Below the pieces are notes generated by a model, which was given only the letters and a program-made list of their open reading frames with translations, did not search any database and was not told the DNA's origin. Position numbers and translations under genes: made by a program. From the NCBI RefSeq assembly GCF_006345805.1, contig NC_043001.1, positions 105,276,001 through 105,340,000 on the forward strand: DNA of 64,000 nt. The letters are read 5' to 3'. Shown piece by piece: positions 41,590-55,453 of this stretch. Numbering within the stretch: the stretch's first letter is position 1; the number at the start of each line of letters is the position of its first letter. Origin of the DNA: Octopus sinensis (taxonomy: Eukaryota).

Positions 41590-43751
41590 ATGTGTGTGTG
41601 TAAAACTATATGTGTGAACTAAGAAAGACACCCTCCACATTGAATTGGGAATATTACTTCCAGCGGTGTAGATTAATTAATTAAAATATAATATTCATTA
41701 CATTGCAACATATTGTCATTTTTTTCTTTTCTTACTTGGAGTACAAAACTTATGTAATTCATTAAATTTTATTGTCTAAGCTGAATATGTGCAAGAATAT
41801 CTATATTGTGAAATCACAAATGAAAAGGAATTTCACAGATGCCATTGATTTATTATCGGAAATGAAGAAGACGTAATGGACGCCATGCGAACGGGAATTA
41901 GCAGTAAATATTATATAAGGACATTATGCTGTTGCCTGATAATTAGTTTCCTAATTAGAATCGATAACATGTAATGCTAGACGTTAACTAGGTGTTGTTA
42001 TTGTCTTGATGAAGTCGACAGAATGGTGTGTGTCTGCTAAATCACTTGATAATTTTCTTAATATGAACGTGCCGAAAATATTAGATCATCTGTGTAAAGT
42101 TCAGTTTTCACTAAATATGTAATCTGATTCCAATACTTAATATTTCGTAAGTATACGTGACTTGATCGGTTAAGTATATACTGCAATTCTTCATAGAGTA
42201 TTGTTCACACTAAAGTAAGCTCAGGTCTTTCGCATAGACGTCCTATGAATCTCATTCGGAACATCCTTGTTTTTAACCTACCATATATAACGCATAATTA
42301 ATGAAAGGACATGCTAATGATATAAAATAAGAACAGGCTCATTTCATAATATTGGTTCCCTAAATTTCAACATATGCAATGCCAACGGACTTTGTTAGGG
42401 TTTACCCTCAGTACTGACAATAACGATGTACAGATATTCTTAGCGAAACTCCTTCCAAAATTCTTATCGGTGTAGCTGGAGCTGTGCACATGAATAACTC
42501 CTACCCCAAAGTATCTGCACAAATGCTATTTGTCTTGAACAATCTACAAATTGTTTGCACTTTTATGACAAGAAATACGAGACTTGTTGAAGAACCTGTT
42601 CGCAATGACAAGCGAATACAATTTTGTTGATATATCTTTCTGAAAGACAAGTTTCTAATCAAATATGTTATATATTTTCCTTCTGGAATCTTTTCAATAT
42701 TATTATTATATGGGAATTGTTATAAAAAATGTAGATAGAAACATGCAATTCATCGTGTGGCATGAAATGAGAATTACCTGACAGCAAGCGAATCCCATTT
42801 GTTATTGGAATTCAGTTTTCTTTCGTTGAATATACATAAATTCCAACTCGACATTTGGAGCTTTACGTAAGATATCGAAATGAATAGTCTGGAAAGTCAA
42901 AGATCCTTGTGTTAGAACCCTTACTTCAAGGTTCATAGCAACTACAAAAAATATAACTGGATGACCAGTTATTTCTGTGTGTTACATATTCATAAATAGT
43001 CCGTTCGCGTTCATACAACTATGAATTTGATTACAAGAGTTGGTCTAATTTTTGTCCATTAATAGTTATTGATGTGTCAATTAATAATAAAATATTATAA
43101 AAGCTTTGTTTTTGCTGAAGCAAAATCATAGTTTATTGGAAGGATTAGATATACAAGTACATTATAATAAGTGTGCATATATCCGATTAACAACTACAAA
43201 TGCAGCGTTCGTGCAACACAAGGGGAAAATGCATTAGCATGTTGAATGTAATGTTGTTTCATATGTTTATGCTTCTGAAAACGGTGCTGAAATAATTCCT
43301 GCAAGCTTGACTTTAGATCATCAATGCGTTTAAAGCTAGATTTGGATATGTGAGTTCTGGCTCTTACAACCGTATGGGAAATCAATAGTTCTTGGAGAAG
43401 AAATTAACGATTAACGGAAATTGTAGGATCTATATCATGGCTTTTTCATGTATATATATAAATCCTACTAAATTATATTTCTGTGGCATGTTACGTATCT
43501 TTATGTACACTCATATATCACGTTATATTGCCAAAAATAAAATTATTCCATTCATCATCGGGTTACACTCCACATTTGTATCAACGCATACAGGTAGGCA
43601 AAACACTTTCAAACGTATATGCGCATACGTGTGCGCTTATATGCACATAGACCCCAAAACACACATATATGTGCATAAATATGTGTTACGTGCGCGTGTG
43701 TATATATATATATATATATGTACATGCATACATATGTATCAATATATAAAG

Positions 43752-43806
<55 letters not shown>

Positions 43807-43966
43807 TTTGTATATCTTTCTATCTATCTATATACGCATATATATATATTTATATATATATACACATATATATACATAAAAATACACACACACACATAAA
43901 CGTATGCATGTACATATTCATATGTATGTTTGTATGTGTACCTTTGTATATACACTCATTCAAACA

Positions 43967-44012
<46 letters not shown>

Positions 44013-44801
44013 CATTATTATTATTATTATTATGGAAACAGAAGCATACTCGTAACTTCCGAAAATATATAAAAGTGTATTCAAATTTGTCATCCAGTAA
44101 ATTCGCATAAAGATCCGTATAACTTTGTAGATAAAGTGAAGTTATATAATAAATTTATTTTCACCGCCTCGAACAACTCGATTTCAAAAGAGAGAAAGTA
44201 ATTGCATGGAACATAATATGAAATCCAGAGCTATAAATATAAAACGGATACAATCTTTAGTAAACTAGTTTTGCAAATGTTGATATTGTATTTGTCCGGG
44301 GTTTAAGTACTGTTATAATTCAAGATGTCGGTTATCCTGTGTAAACATTTATCTTCCAAACTGGGAACAGTCTTAATACATAAAATGCTGTAAATTATTA
44401 ATGTTTTACTACATCCTTGCGTCAAATGTATGCAATTAATACACTGTGATTCAATTGCATTTCAGCAATCCGTTTTCTTTGTTAATATTTATTTTTTATT
44501 TTTTGAAATATTACAGATGAGATCTGACGTTGTTAACGTAAGATATTTAAAACGCGTCTCCTGATTCAATGCGGTTGGGATCTTAACAATGCCGGAGATT
44601 ATGCTTATAGTGATAATCCTTTGTAATATGGTCAGTTGATCACATCGATCTCAGTACTTGACAAGCACTTGATTTATCGACCCCGAAAGGATGAAAGGCA
44701 AAGCCGATTCGTGCGGTACTTGACTGCAGAACGTAATGGCCTGCTAACGATGCAGCCGTCTCGCCGCCTTAAGGGCTGATAATACTAATAATGATTAGAT
44801 G

Positions 44802-44832
<31 letters not shown>

Positions 44833-45000
44833 CACCACCACCACCACTACTACTACTACTACGTCTAGGTAGTTTGCCTTCCATCATTTAGGGGTCGATA
44901 AATGAAGTACCAGTGAATCACATGGGTCGATGTGATCGATTCATACGCCCACCCAAAACTGCTGTCCTTGTGGCAAAATTTGAAGCGATTCTTCTTCTTA

Positions 45001-45033
<33 letters not shown>

Positions 45034-45364
45034 GTATTATTGACAGTACGAATCCCAACAGTTAATAATGTAGCATTAGCAGAAAAATGATAAATTACAC
45101 AAATATTCATAGAAATATTTTGAAATAGATGTAATACAAGTGGATGTATTGAAAAGAGAGACGATTGTCTATGATAAGTATCGTTGAAGTAATTGAAAAT
45201 CTGCAGGCAAATTTATGCCGCATGAGAAGCTTCACAATACTGAAGCACACGGACAGCATAAAGCAAATATAGCTCTTAACTTCTGCAAGAATACTCTCAC
45301 GAATGATGTAGACAGGCGGAAATACAATAGCAGCACAGAAAGCTGGACACAAGTATGTCTCATA

Positions 45365-45373
45365 TCACTACTG

Positions 45374-45415
<42 letters not shown>

Positions 45416-45683
45416 ACTACTACTACTACTACTACTACTACTATTACTACTACCACTACTACTACTACGACTACTACGACTACTACTACTACTACTACTA
45501 CTACTACTGATAATAATAATAATGATAATAATAATAATAATAATATAATAATAATAATAATGATAATGATAATGTTAATGATACTAATAATAATAATAAT
45601 AGCAATGCGGCATTTGAAGGCGACTACAGTACCAATGATTGTAGGATCGCTAGGAATGATAAAAAGTAGGTACTGAATATGTC

Positions 45684-45728
<45 letters not shown>

Positions 45729-45794
45729 TAATAATAATAATACTGATAATGATGATGATGATAATAATAATAATGATAATAATAATAATAATAA

Positions 45795-45838
<44 letters not shown>

Positions 45839-45925
45839 GAAGAAGAAGAAGAAGAAGAAGAAGAAGAAGAAGAAGAAGAGAAGAAGAAGAAGAAGAGAAG
45901 AAGAAGAAGAAGAAGAAGAAGAAGA
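45365..45925. repeat. Compound (CTA)n/(AAT)n/(GAT)n/(AAG)n microsatellite containing a 70-bp R4/Dong fragment at 45604-45676
   Basis: Read directly. MRHLKATTVPMIVGSLGMIKS aligns to MWNLKTETIPIIVGALGMMKK of the 47175 element. Confidence 0.85.
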
Positions 45926-47068
45926 AAGCATCATACTCAGTAACAGAACAGGCAAAGGAATATCTAAGTGAATTCCGAATACAACAAATTTCGGAATTAG
46001 AGATAGACATACAAGAAACAGGCACAGAAAAAGCTAAGCGCATGAAAACCCATGCTAAATCTGCGGCCTTAGATATTCTGAATGATAAATGGCAAGAAAA
46101 ACCTCTCTATGGCAAATACCTAAAGAGAGCAAATAATGCAGATGTTGACAAAGCCCTGACCCATCAATGGCTAATGGCCTCTGGCTTAAAATCTGAAACA
46201 GAGGGGTTTATCATAGCAGCTCAAGATCAATGCCTACCAACAAGAAACTACCAGGCCAACATATTAAAGATCAGAAGCAGTCCAACGTGTCGTGTATGCC
46301 AGCAACAAAATGAAACCATTGACCATGTGGTCTCCAAGTTCAGTCTTCTAGCGCCTACAGAGTATCTCAACAGACACGATAGAGCTGCACAATATATTCA
46401 CTGGGTAATCTGCAAAAACCTGGATTTGCCCCATGAAAGAAACTGGTGGGAACACAAACCACCCCCAGTGCTTGAAAATGACCACATTTCACTCCTCTGG
46501 AACTTCACCATTCAAACTGACAGAAAGATAGATGCAAATAGACCAGACATCATATTGAAAGTCTTCAAACAAAGAACATGCCTCCTCATTAATATGACTG
46601 TCCCAATCGATATAAACGTATCTGTTAATATAGACCTACCAAAAACTGAGCAAATATAAAGATCTTGAAATAGAAATCAGCAAAATGTGGAAGCTGAAGA
46701 CTAAAACAATACCTGTTGTCATAGGTGCCCTGGGAATGATATCAAAAGGGGCTGATAGCTACCTAACTCAGATACCAGGAAACCCCAAAATGGCAGAAAT
46801 TCAAAAGATAGTGCTCATGGGAACTGCTCATATCCTACGCAAAATACTTTCTATGTAATCTTAAGGTTTAAAACAAACATAATTTTCGGTTTAAAAAAAA
46901 AAAATTTTTTTTTTTTAGACATTCATTAGTACAACACCAAACCCCCCCCCAAATATATGGCACACTAGGCATAACAACAACATGAACTTCCAACCTGTTG
47001 TCTCTTGAGGTCTCTGGGTGAGACTTGGAGTCAACTTGTACAAATATAAAGCAAAACTCAAATATAGA
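45925..47068 (+). mobile_element. R4/Dong-type non-LTR retrotransposon 3' end, second family
   Basis: KWQEKPLYGKY, GLKSETEGFIIAAQDQCL, CRVC..NETIDHVVS, RHD, RPDIIL; frameshift near 46630; stop at 46856-58; 3' UTR ends in (AAT)n. Confidence 0.85.
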
Positions 47069-47085
47069 ATAATAATAATAATAAT

Positions 47086-47153
<68 letters not shown>

Positions 47154-47174
47154 TAATAATAATAATGATAATAA

Positions 47175-48041
47175 AAAGCTATGAAGCAAATGAAATCCAA
47201 ACTAAAACTAGAACAGCAAAGGACCATGATAAAACGATGGCAAGAAAAGTCCCTTCATGGCAAATACTGGACTAAACTAAGTGCAAAAGAACTAGACAAA
47301 GAAAAATCCCAGCAATACTTGAGAAGCTCAGGACTCAAAGCAGAGACAGAGGGATTTTGAATTGCAGCACAAGACCAAAGCCTCCCCACCAGAAATTACC
47401 AAAAACATATAATGAAAAGAAATATAACAAGTAACTGCAGAATATGTGGAGATGGACAAGAAACAATAAATCATGTTATCTCTGGCTGCCCAGTCCTGGC
47501 TAAGAAGGAATATATTCACAGACACGACAGAGTTGGGACCTACATACACTGGAAGCTATGCCAACATTATGGAATAACAACAGAAAAAATATGGTATAGG
47601 CACACACCAGAAAAGGTCACAGAAAACGAGAAAGCAACCATACTCTTGGATATTCCAATACACAGAAATAGAGAAATTAAAGCCAACAGGCCAGATATAG
47701 TTGTGAGAGATCATGAAGAAAACAAATGCTTTCTAATTGATGTATCACTACCAGCAGATGACAACGTGTCTCTAAAAGAAATGGAGAAACTTTCAAAATA
47801 CAAATACCTGAAAATAGAGGTAACTAGAATGTGGAATCTAAAAACAGAAACAATTCCTATCATAGTAGGTGCATTAGGAATGATGAAAAAATATTCAGAC
47901 AAGTACATAACAAATACATCAGGACTTACAAACACATGTAACATACAGACAATTGCACTACTGGGCACTGTACACATCCTACGCAGAACACTTTCAATAC
48001 AGTAACCATAAGAGCATCACAACAAATCACATCTTATACCA
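47175..48041 (+). mobile_element. R4/Dong-type 3' end, same family as 26964-27865
   Basis: ORF 47412-48005 with CRICG..HVISGC, RHD, RPDIVV.D..K.LIDVS; flanked by (AAT)n on both sides. Confidence 0.85.
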
Positions 48042-48103
<62 letters not shown>

Positions 48104-48142
48104 GATTCGATGAAGGAACGAGGATGCCTTTTCTGCATTGGA

Positions 48143-48183
48143 CCACTGATGAAGACATAGAACCACAGATGGTGAAACGTATG
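48143..48183 (+). ncRNA. Degenerate minimal hammerhead motif
   Basis: CCA-CUGAUGA-A-GACAU(..)AUGGU-GAAA-CG-UA/UGA; core intact, stems I and II each carry a mismatch. Confidence 0.45.
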
Positions 48184-48552
48184 AAATTATTATGAATTAT
48201 ATATTAGAGAGAATGGCTGAAACTTTAAGTCAAATTAAGTAGACATTTAGATGATTATTAGGAAGTAATACAAATTTGATTTTTTGGTTTATATTTACGT
48301 TGCATTTCTTTAATTTGGTTGCTTTTATAGACCAGTTTTAATTTGGTTGCTCTTATAATTACTGGAGCATACAAAACAATTGATTAAATAAGCAACTGTC
48401 TTCGTTGCTTAAGTTCAGAAACCTGAAACATGAGACAGAAATAGTACAGCTTTGTAAAGTAACGTAACAAACCATTACAATGGTTTTAAGAATCAAGACG
48501 ACCATCAGTTTAGAAGAGGGTTCAAGTTAGATCAACATTATTTTGTTGTCCG

Positions 48553-49175
48553 TAAGGCGGCGAGCTAGTAGAATCGTTAGCACGCCAGGCGAAATAAGTT
48601 CAAATTCCGCCGAGGTCGACTTTGACTTTATCCTGAATTATCAGTTGCGTACTGGGGTCGATCTAATCGACTGGACCCCTCCCCCAATTTTGCAGACCTT
48701 GTGCCTACAGCAGAAAAGATTACTTTAAGCCGGCGAGCCGGCAGAAACGTTTGTACGCTGGGCGAAATGCTTAGCGTTATTTCGTCTGTTTTTACGTTCT
48801 GAGTCAAATGCTACCGAGGTCGACTTTGCCTTCCTTTTGGAGTAGAAATATTAAATACAATTTGCGTACAGGATTTGATCTAATCGGCTGGTCCTCTCCC
48901 CAAAAATTTCGGTCCCTGTGCCTTGAGTAGAAAAGAATATTTTATTGACCTTGATTATAATAATCCTTTGTATTATAGGCAGAAGGCCTGAAATTTGTGG
49001 GAGTGGGTTAGTCGACTCCATCGAACGCTTTGCTAGTACTCATTTTATCAACTCCGAAGGATGAAAAGTAAAATTGGCCTCAGTGGAATTTGAACTCAGA
49101 ACGTTAAAACGGACGCGATGCCGCAAAAGATTTGCCTGACAAGCTAACGATTCTTCCAGCACACCGCATTTACCA
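48553..49175. mobile_element. Cluster of three tRNA-derived SINEs with tail B (+, +, -)
   Basis: Heads at about 48555, 48730 and 49170 (minus); tails CCTTGTGCCTACAGCAGAAAAG, CCCTGTGCCTTGAGTAGAAAAG and CAGGCCTTCTGCCTATAATACAAAG. Confidence 0.8.
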
Positions 49176-50085
49176 TATTTATAAAATTATACCGAAAGTC
49201 AAAAAATTTTATATGAAATTTGTCAGACTTATTTAATAGGGTGACAAATGCAATAAACATGAGAAATGCGTCGATCACGAGATGGCCATAAGTTTGCTGA
49301 CGTCATATTTCTGAAGGAAGAAACAAAGTCCATGGGACGACAAAATAAATTGAACATGACAAATATGTAAAAAAAATTAAACGTTAGGCATTGCTAATGA
49401 AATCCATTCTGAATTGTTTCCCAATCTTCCAGCGATCAATGCATCGATTACAGGAACAAAGACATCCAAACACCAGATGTCTGTGACAACAATGACAGAT
49501 AAAAAAAAAACAGATAAGAACAAAGCAAATATTCAGCCGTTCAGGCGACAAAATACACGGAATAATTCTATGAAGATACGTGATGCTGCTAGAAATAATT
49601 ACCTAATTCCTTCAAATTACAACATATCCAATTAAAGAAAGAAGAAAAAATTAGATGGTGTAGTCCATGAAGGTTTAGTTCTGAAATAAATGACACGGTG
49701 TTCCACATAGGAATCTTATAATTATATTCCTGCTGAGGAAAAGTGTAATTTGTGGTTATATGAGAGAAGTTTCACATGTGATAATGGCTAGAAGTTTCGA
49801 CACTAAGTTTGAAGAGAATGAGAGCTGCAATTCACTCCATGATAATGCAAAATTAGAAAGTATTACGTTTAATATCGGTTTAAAATTTTGACACAAAACC
49901 GGCAAATATGGCGGAGGGGTAAGATGACTATGTCGAACTCAATGCACAATTAGTAGATATTTTAACGACTCCGAAAGGATGAACGGCAAAGTCAACCTTG
50001 GCGGAATTTCAACTCTGAATCTGAAGATGGTCCAAATGCCGCTAAGAATTTTGCCCGATGTAGTAACAACTTAGCTAACTTGCGG

Positions 50086-50325
50086 ACTTAAAAAGGTCTA
50101 ATGGGATATTTCTGAAAACTAAGATTGGAGTTGCACTCAAAATTGATTGGATGGAATAAAATCCAAGCAGTTAATACATGGGCGATAGCAGCAGTTTGGT
50201 ATGGAACTAGAATAATAAAATGGCAAACTGATGAACTGAAGAACATGGATACGAAGACGAGAAAATTATCGAGAGTACACGGAGCCTTGGACCTTAAAAC
50301 TGATATCGATTGGCTGTACAAAGGC
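50086..50325 (+). mobile_element. R4/Dong-type RT-thumb fragment
   Basis: SKLIGWNKIQAVNTWAIAAVWYGTRIIKWQTDELKNMDTKTRKL..HGAL..K.DIDWLY, followed directly by (AAT)n. Confidence 0.7.
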
Positions 50326-50448
<123 letters not shown>

Positions 50449-50869
50449 TTGTCTTTACTGGTCGAAAAGTGGGGAAACAAACCTCGAGTATAAAATTAAA
50501 ACAAGAAGAATTCTACAATGAAATAAGCTGAGAGTTTTCATGAAATAATGATTTAATATTCTTCTGGTTCTCACAAGAATATCGGAAAAAATTTTATATC
50601 TTTATAGAGTGAAATGATAATATATCATCATTTTACGAACGTGCCAAGACCTCGTTGAAATAATTTCATTTACAACATTTATTTCTCAAAGGAAAATAAA
50701 TATGCTATCAATCACCAACGTACATTAGGAGATACTCTCCCCAATTTTCAATGTTTTAATTCGCTATCATCATCTAGACCTGGTGGTTTATCAGCATTAC
50801 ATGCTTTTCTATATGATAGGAAACTCTAAACAGTTAAGAATGCGGTATTTATTGTATGACGTGATACCT

Positions 50870-51102
50870 ATTTCTTTACTACCCACAAGGGGTGAAACAC
50901 AGAGAGGACAATCAAGGACAGACAAACGGATTAAGTTGATTATATCGACCCCAGTGAGTAACTGGTACTTAATTTAACGACCCCGAAGTGATGAAAGGCA
51001 AAGTCGACCTTGGCGGAATTTGACTCAGAACGTAGCGGCAGACAAAATACAGCTTAGCATTCTGTCCGGCGTGCTAACGATTCTGCCAGCTCGTTGCCTT
51101 TT
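50870..51102 (-). mobile_element. tRNA-derived SINE monomer with tail A and 15-bp TSD
   Basis: TATGACGTGATACCT at 50855-50869 and 51103-51117. Confidence 0.9.
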
Positions 51103-51124
51103 TATGACGTGATACCTTCATCGT

Positions 51125-51500
51125 GACTACTTTTGATCTTCCGTGAGCAAAGAAGGCATAGATTTCGCCGCAACTATTTTCAGAGTTTGTTGGCAGGACT
51201 TCCACGACATACCGGTCATATCAACAAGTTCGTCAATTCTTCCATGACTATCCTTTAAGATCAGTTCATGAATTTTGATGATGTTTTCATACGTTCGGGT
51301 GTTTGACGCCTGTCTTGAACGAAGTCGGTCCTTAAGCGACAAGTGACCATTCCTAAAATGGGAACACCACTCGTAAATATGTATTTCTCTCATAGCAGCG
51401 TCCTTGTATGCATGGCAACTGTTTCGGCTGCCGTTTTCCCCAGCAGAAAACAGAATCTCACAGAAGCACGCTGTTCCTTAGTTTCAGCCATTGCAAAATT
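51125..51500 (-). pseudogene. Mariner transposase N-terminal remnant
   Basis: EQRASVRFCFLLGKTAAETV..., YEWCSHFRNGHLSLKDRLRSRQASNTRTYENI, VAAKSMPSLLTEDQK. Confidence 0.8.
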
Positions 51501-52419
51501 CGACGAACACTGGAGAAACACTGCTAAGCGAAGACGCATCAGTCGATGTAATTGAACAGTCACCTGCTCAAAACTTTCAGCCTTTGTGCTTTTTAATAGA
51601 AAGGAATATTTGTCTCAAACAGTCATGAAATAGTGAATACCTAGAACATAACTTATTAATTTATAACATGAAACATGTTAGAGAAAATATTATTTCATTA
51701 AACATAAGCCTGTAATCTGTTAAGTCTCACTTCGGTAACATAATATAGTTGCGATCATCTAGCCGATAATGTAAAAGAAAGGGATTAGATTCATTTGAAG
51801 TAGATGTCCGAAATGAATGACCAAGGGAATCACAAAATACGTTAGAGTTGATTAGGTGAGAACTTGGTGAGTAAAATAAAGCTAATAGAAAACGCAGCAA
51901 TACTAGAAAATTTTTATACTAAGATATTAGCAAGAAATTTTAAGTTTGTCGACCTAACCTGAATGTGGAGACACAAAAATATAATCAAACTACAAACCAA
52001 AATGTTAATGGCAAAAGCAGACAGTATAATTGATATTAAGTTACAATGAATCTCATTATGACATGTCCAACAATAACATAATATAACCACAGGTATGGCA
52101 TATCATTGGCAAATACAATGATGCTTCTGTAAAAAAAGGAGATATTTAGTGTAATGCAACATTAACTCAAGGAGTTTGGCGGTTACATTGCTATGATATT
52201 CGAAACCTTAGCGGATTGATTTGCGTCGCCCCAGATATCATAAAGTAAAATAGATATGGACGCCAAAATATTGTTCGGCAGAAAGTTAATAAGATGTAAA
52301 TTACAGAAGTCTCAAAACTGAAATTAGAAAAAGACAAGAGACATTTATGAAAGTAGAACCCTATCACAGAATAAATGGTTTACTTACACAAAAGAGATCA
52401 TTGATAATTTACGAACAGT

Positions 52420-53913
52420 TTTCTGTTCGGTCAGACAGAAGGAAATGGACTATGAGTCCCTATCAGACTTGTCCACGACTGATGAGGAACTGGAACAGGC
52501 AGTGAGAATGAAGCTGGGTTATACCTATACCGGAGTGACCAAGAAGGAGGAAGAGAAAGGGGGGGACTTGGCCAAGTTGCAAAGTTACCAGAAATACATG
52601 AAGAAGGACAGCGGTGAGGTCGAACTAGCACCGACACCCAAGAGAAAAGAATGGTACGATAAAAGGACCATCATATACAGGGTGTTCGCAAGCGAAAGGA
52701 AGAAGATAGAAGTTGTAAACATGGAGTGGATAGAGGAGGCGCTAAGAAGAACGGAAGAGGAGATTAATTTTCTGACTCGAGGATCAAAGTATGGTACTGT
52801 AGTGGTACAGTTTAAAAGTGAGAATGCAGCAAGGAAGATGGCGGCGAAGGCGGTGAAATCCAAGAAGGTAACACTTTTGCCTACGTATCTAAAAAGAAGA
52901 ATTACTAGAGTAAGGGTCGAGGGAGTGCCACCAAACGTTGAGGCCGAGTGGATTGTGGCGGATGTGATCAGCGGCCACGAGGAGGAAGTGGATATTCTCC
53001 ATGCCTCGGTTAAGACCGAGGGCTGGAGAAGCGTAACAGTGGAACTGAACGTGCAGGCAGAGAACGAGGTACTGGTGGACCTGGCGGAAAGCATCAGATT
53101 GGGAGACGTGATCATGAGAGTGGGTGGAGGGCAGAGCTCCACGTTGTTACAATTGTGGCCTGAGGGGTCACATAAGAGCTTACTGCCCTCCCCTAGTGAA
53201 AGAAATGGATTCCGAACCACAGAGAGAGGAGCAGAAACCAGAGGAGAAGGAGACAGTAGAAGAGGAAGAGAATACACAGGAATGGAAAGAAGCTGGGAAG
53301 AAGAGGAAGAGGAGAATAAGAGGAAAAGAAAATAACATAGAACACCAATCCACCCCAAAACCACCCATACCCTCTGAGTCCCACCCTATCCCTGCAGACA
53401 GTGAACCCACCCGCTCCCCTCCAACAAGAAAACAAAAGAAAAAATAATACAGACAGACAAGAGATTGAAATCGAACCCAGGCCGAACATTTGTACTATGA
53501 CAGAACAGAAAGAAGTTAAAAGGCTAATGGAAGAGTATAAATGGTATGAAGTTGGTGAGACTAGGTATGCTCTGATTGAAAAGAAGAGAATAGATGAGTT
53601 TATGGTGAGGTGTGAAAGGGAGAATTGGGAGGTGAAAGATATAAGAATGAGCGATGAATTCGTGGAAAATATGGAGGAGTATTTCGGAGTAAGAATGGAT
53701 ATGGAAGGTATTTGTATTGGGAATGAACATTCAAGTGACGGTGAAAACCAAAGGACAGGTAAGTGATGCTAACGGATGGGGCCTTTAGCATCGCTTTCAT
53801 ATTATCATTTTTTCATGTAATAATTCATCCTTCATAAGTTTAATTATAATGTTCTATGTCCCCATGTCTTGTGGTGTCCCCTCTGTGTCGCCCCTAGTGG
53901 GTAATAAAGAAAG
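52420..53913 (+). mobile_element. ORF1-only non-autonomous non-LTR retroelement, element 1
   Basis: 19-bp TSD TTGATAATTTACGAACAGT (52401-52419, 53914-53932). One coding region 52445-53766 with two frameshifts. Ends in a stem-loop plus TAATAAAGAAA. No RT/EN coding capacity. Confidence 0.85.
52445..53766 (+). pseudogene. LINE ORF1/gag-like protein (RRM-like region, CX2CX4HX4C knuckle, charged linker, C-terminal domain), about 440 aa reconstructed
   Basis: Frames 52445-53122, 53124-53447 (VEGRAPRCYNCGLRGHIRAYC) and 53401-53766 join across two single-base frameshifts. Confidence 0.8.
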
Positions 53914-54053
53914 TTGATAATTTACGAACAGTATACAACGCTTCGCAGCTTTCTACAGAATCAAATGGAGAATTGTACGGGAATATGATCCCAAGAGGTA
54001 ACAAGTAAAACAAAAACATCAGTGTAAAGTCCAAACCGACGTAAAAATTATTA

Positions 54054-54281
54054 TTTCTTTACTGCCCATAGGGGCTAAACACAGAGAGGACAAACAAGGT
54101 CGGACAAACGGATTCAGTTGATTATATCAACCCCGGTGCGTAACTGGTACTTAATTTATCGACTCCGAAAGGATGAAAGGCAAAGTCGACCTCCGCGGAA
54201 TTTGATCTCAGAACGTAGCGGCAGACGAAATAACGCTAAGCATTTCGCCCTGCGTGCTAACGTTTCTGCCAGCTCGCCGCC
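54054..54281 (-). mobile_element. tRNA-derived SINE monomer with tail A
   Basis: Full head, body and GTCCTCTCTGTGTTTAGCCCCTATGGGCAGTAAAGAAA tail. Confidence 0.85.
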
Positions 54282-55110
54282 TAACTTACGTAAAAATATC
54301 ATGAACAAACAACATTATAGCAGTTCAGGTAGAGAAACTCGAGTGTCGCAAAAGCCATGGGAAACATTGCAAAACATAATGTTTCCATTCAAAGTACCAT
54401 TACAGCAGTTGAACATATGCGATGTCAGAACGGCTTAAAAGATCTGTATTTCTAAAGTTGAAATGTTGTTGATTAATCGTAGAAGCAGTAGCGGAGAATG
54501 AAAAGAAAAACTGTAAAAGTGATTATACAGCAGAAAATGTTAAAACATTCGAATTCTTTTTATATTATGTATGCCATTTCTGCATTTGCAATTACAACAT
54601 ATAATATCACTTTATAACACCGACAGGGACGTGACAAATTTGAGAAAAGATAGCTAGACAAGGAATCCATTAAAATTTATATAATTAATGAGAGTTGATG
54701 ACAACCAGACAAGCAACTACTGTATATTGCAAGAATAAAAATTATCAAGAGGATAGTGAGTATGTATCGATGAATAATTTAAGGTTTCAATTATTCATGT
54801 AAATTACTTTCAAAGTCTAGTGAAAACTTGCTCTGAGCCGTTGTGAATTACAGTGGCAAGAAAAATCTTAAATCAATATTTGGTATAGAAGATTATTTTC
54901 TCACTAGAAACTGAAGAAAATTATTCAAATAGTAAGACATACTAGTGAGGCGGAGCAGAAGTAAAACACAATTTCTGAGGACAATAACGAATAGCCATGA
55001 TGTTGGTGACTATTTGTGACATGAATACGTTATAACAAATATACACATATCTGTAAGAAAATATCTAACACGAGAGCATCATATGCACAATATATAAGTA
55101 TATATATATA

Positions 55111-55183
<73 letters not shown>

Positions 55184-55412
55184 ATAGAGATATTAAAATT
55201 ACTAAGTCTCTCTAAAGGAGATTACGGCAGCGTTACTGGATATTAATAGTTATCGCCAAACTAATTTGGCAGTCCATAAATATAAGACTAACGCTGTCGC
55301 TAATTAGCTCCAAGAGGCCATCGCCTCTAGCTAGCTATATGACACACGAACCTGCGTCCATTACAACCTTCGAACAGGGGAGGTCAGCCGCTTCACCTTG
55401 CTGGTCAGACAC

Positions 55413-55453
55413 CTGCAGACATGTTTTAGGGTTGTTGCCCTTTATCAATGCAG
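55413..55453 (-). ncRNA. U3-A8 variant hammerhead, copy with G12A change (likely inactive)
   Basis: CUGCA-UUGAUAA-AGGG(caacaa)CCCU-AAAA-CAUG-UC/UGCAG. Confidence 0.6.

Noticed and set aside
42400-42650. Unique, slightly GC-richer segment as a possible exon
   Set aside because: No acceptor, open frame and donor combination was convincing on either strand.
45214-45363. Possible further Dong-type fragment (HEKLHNTEAHGQH)
   Set aside because: Only faint similarity to WQEKPLHGKY; cannot be supported by eye.
52585-53800. Minus-strand ORFs (259 aa and shorter) over element 1
   Set aside because: Antisense shadows of a purine-rich plus-strand ORF; the homology and zinc knuckle are on the plus strand.
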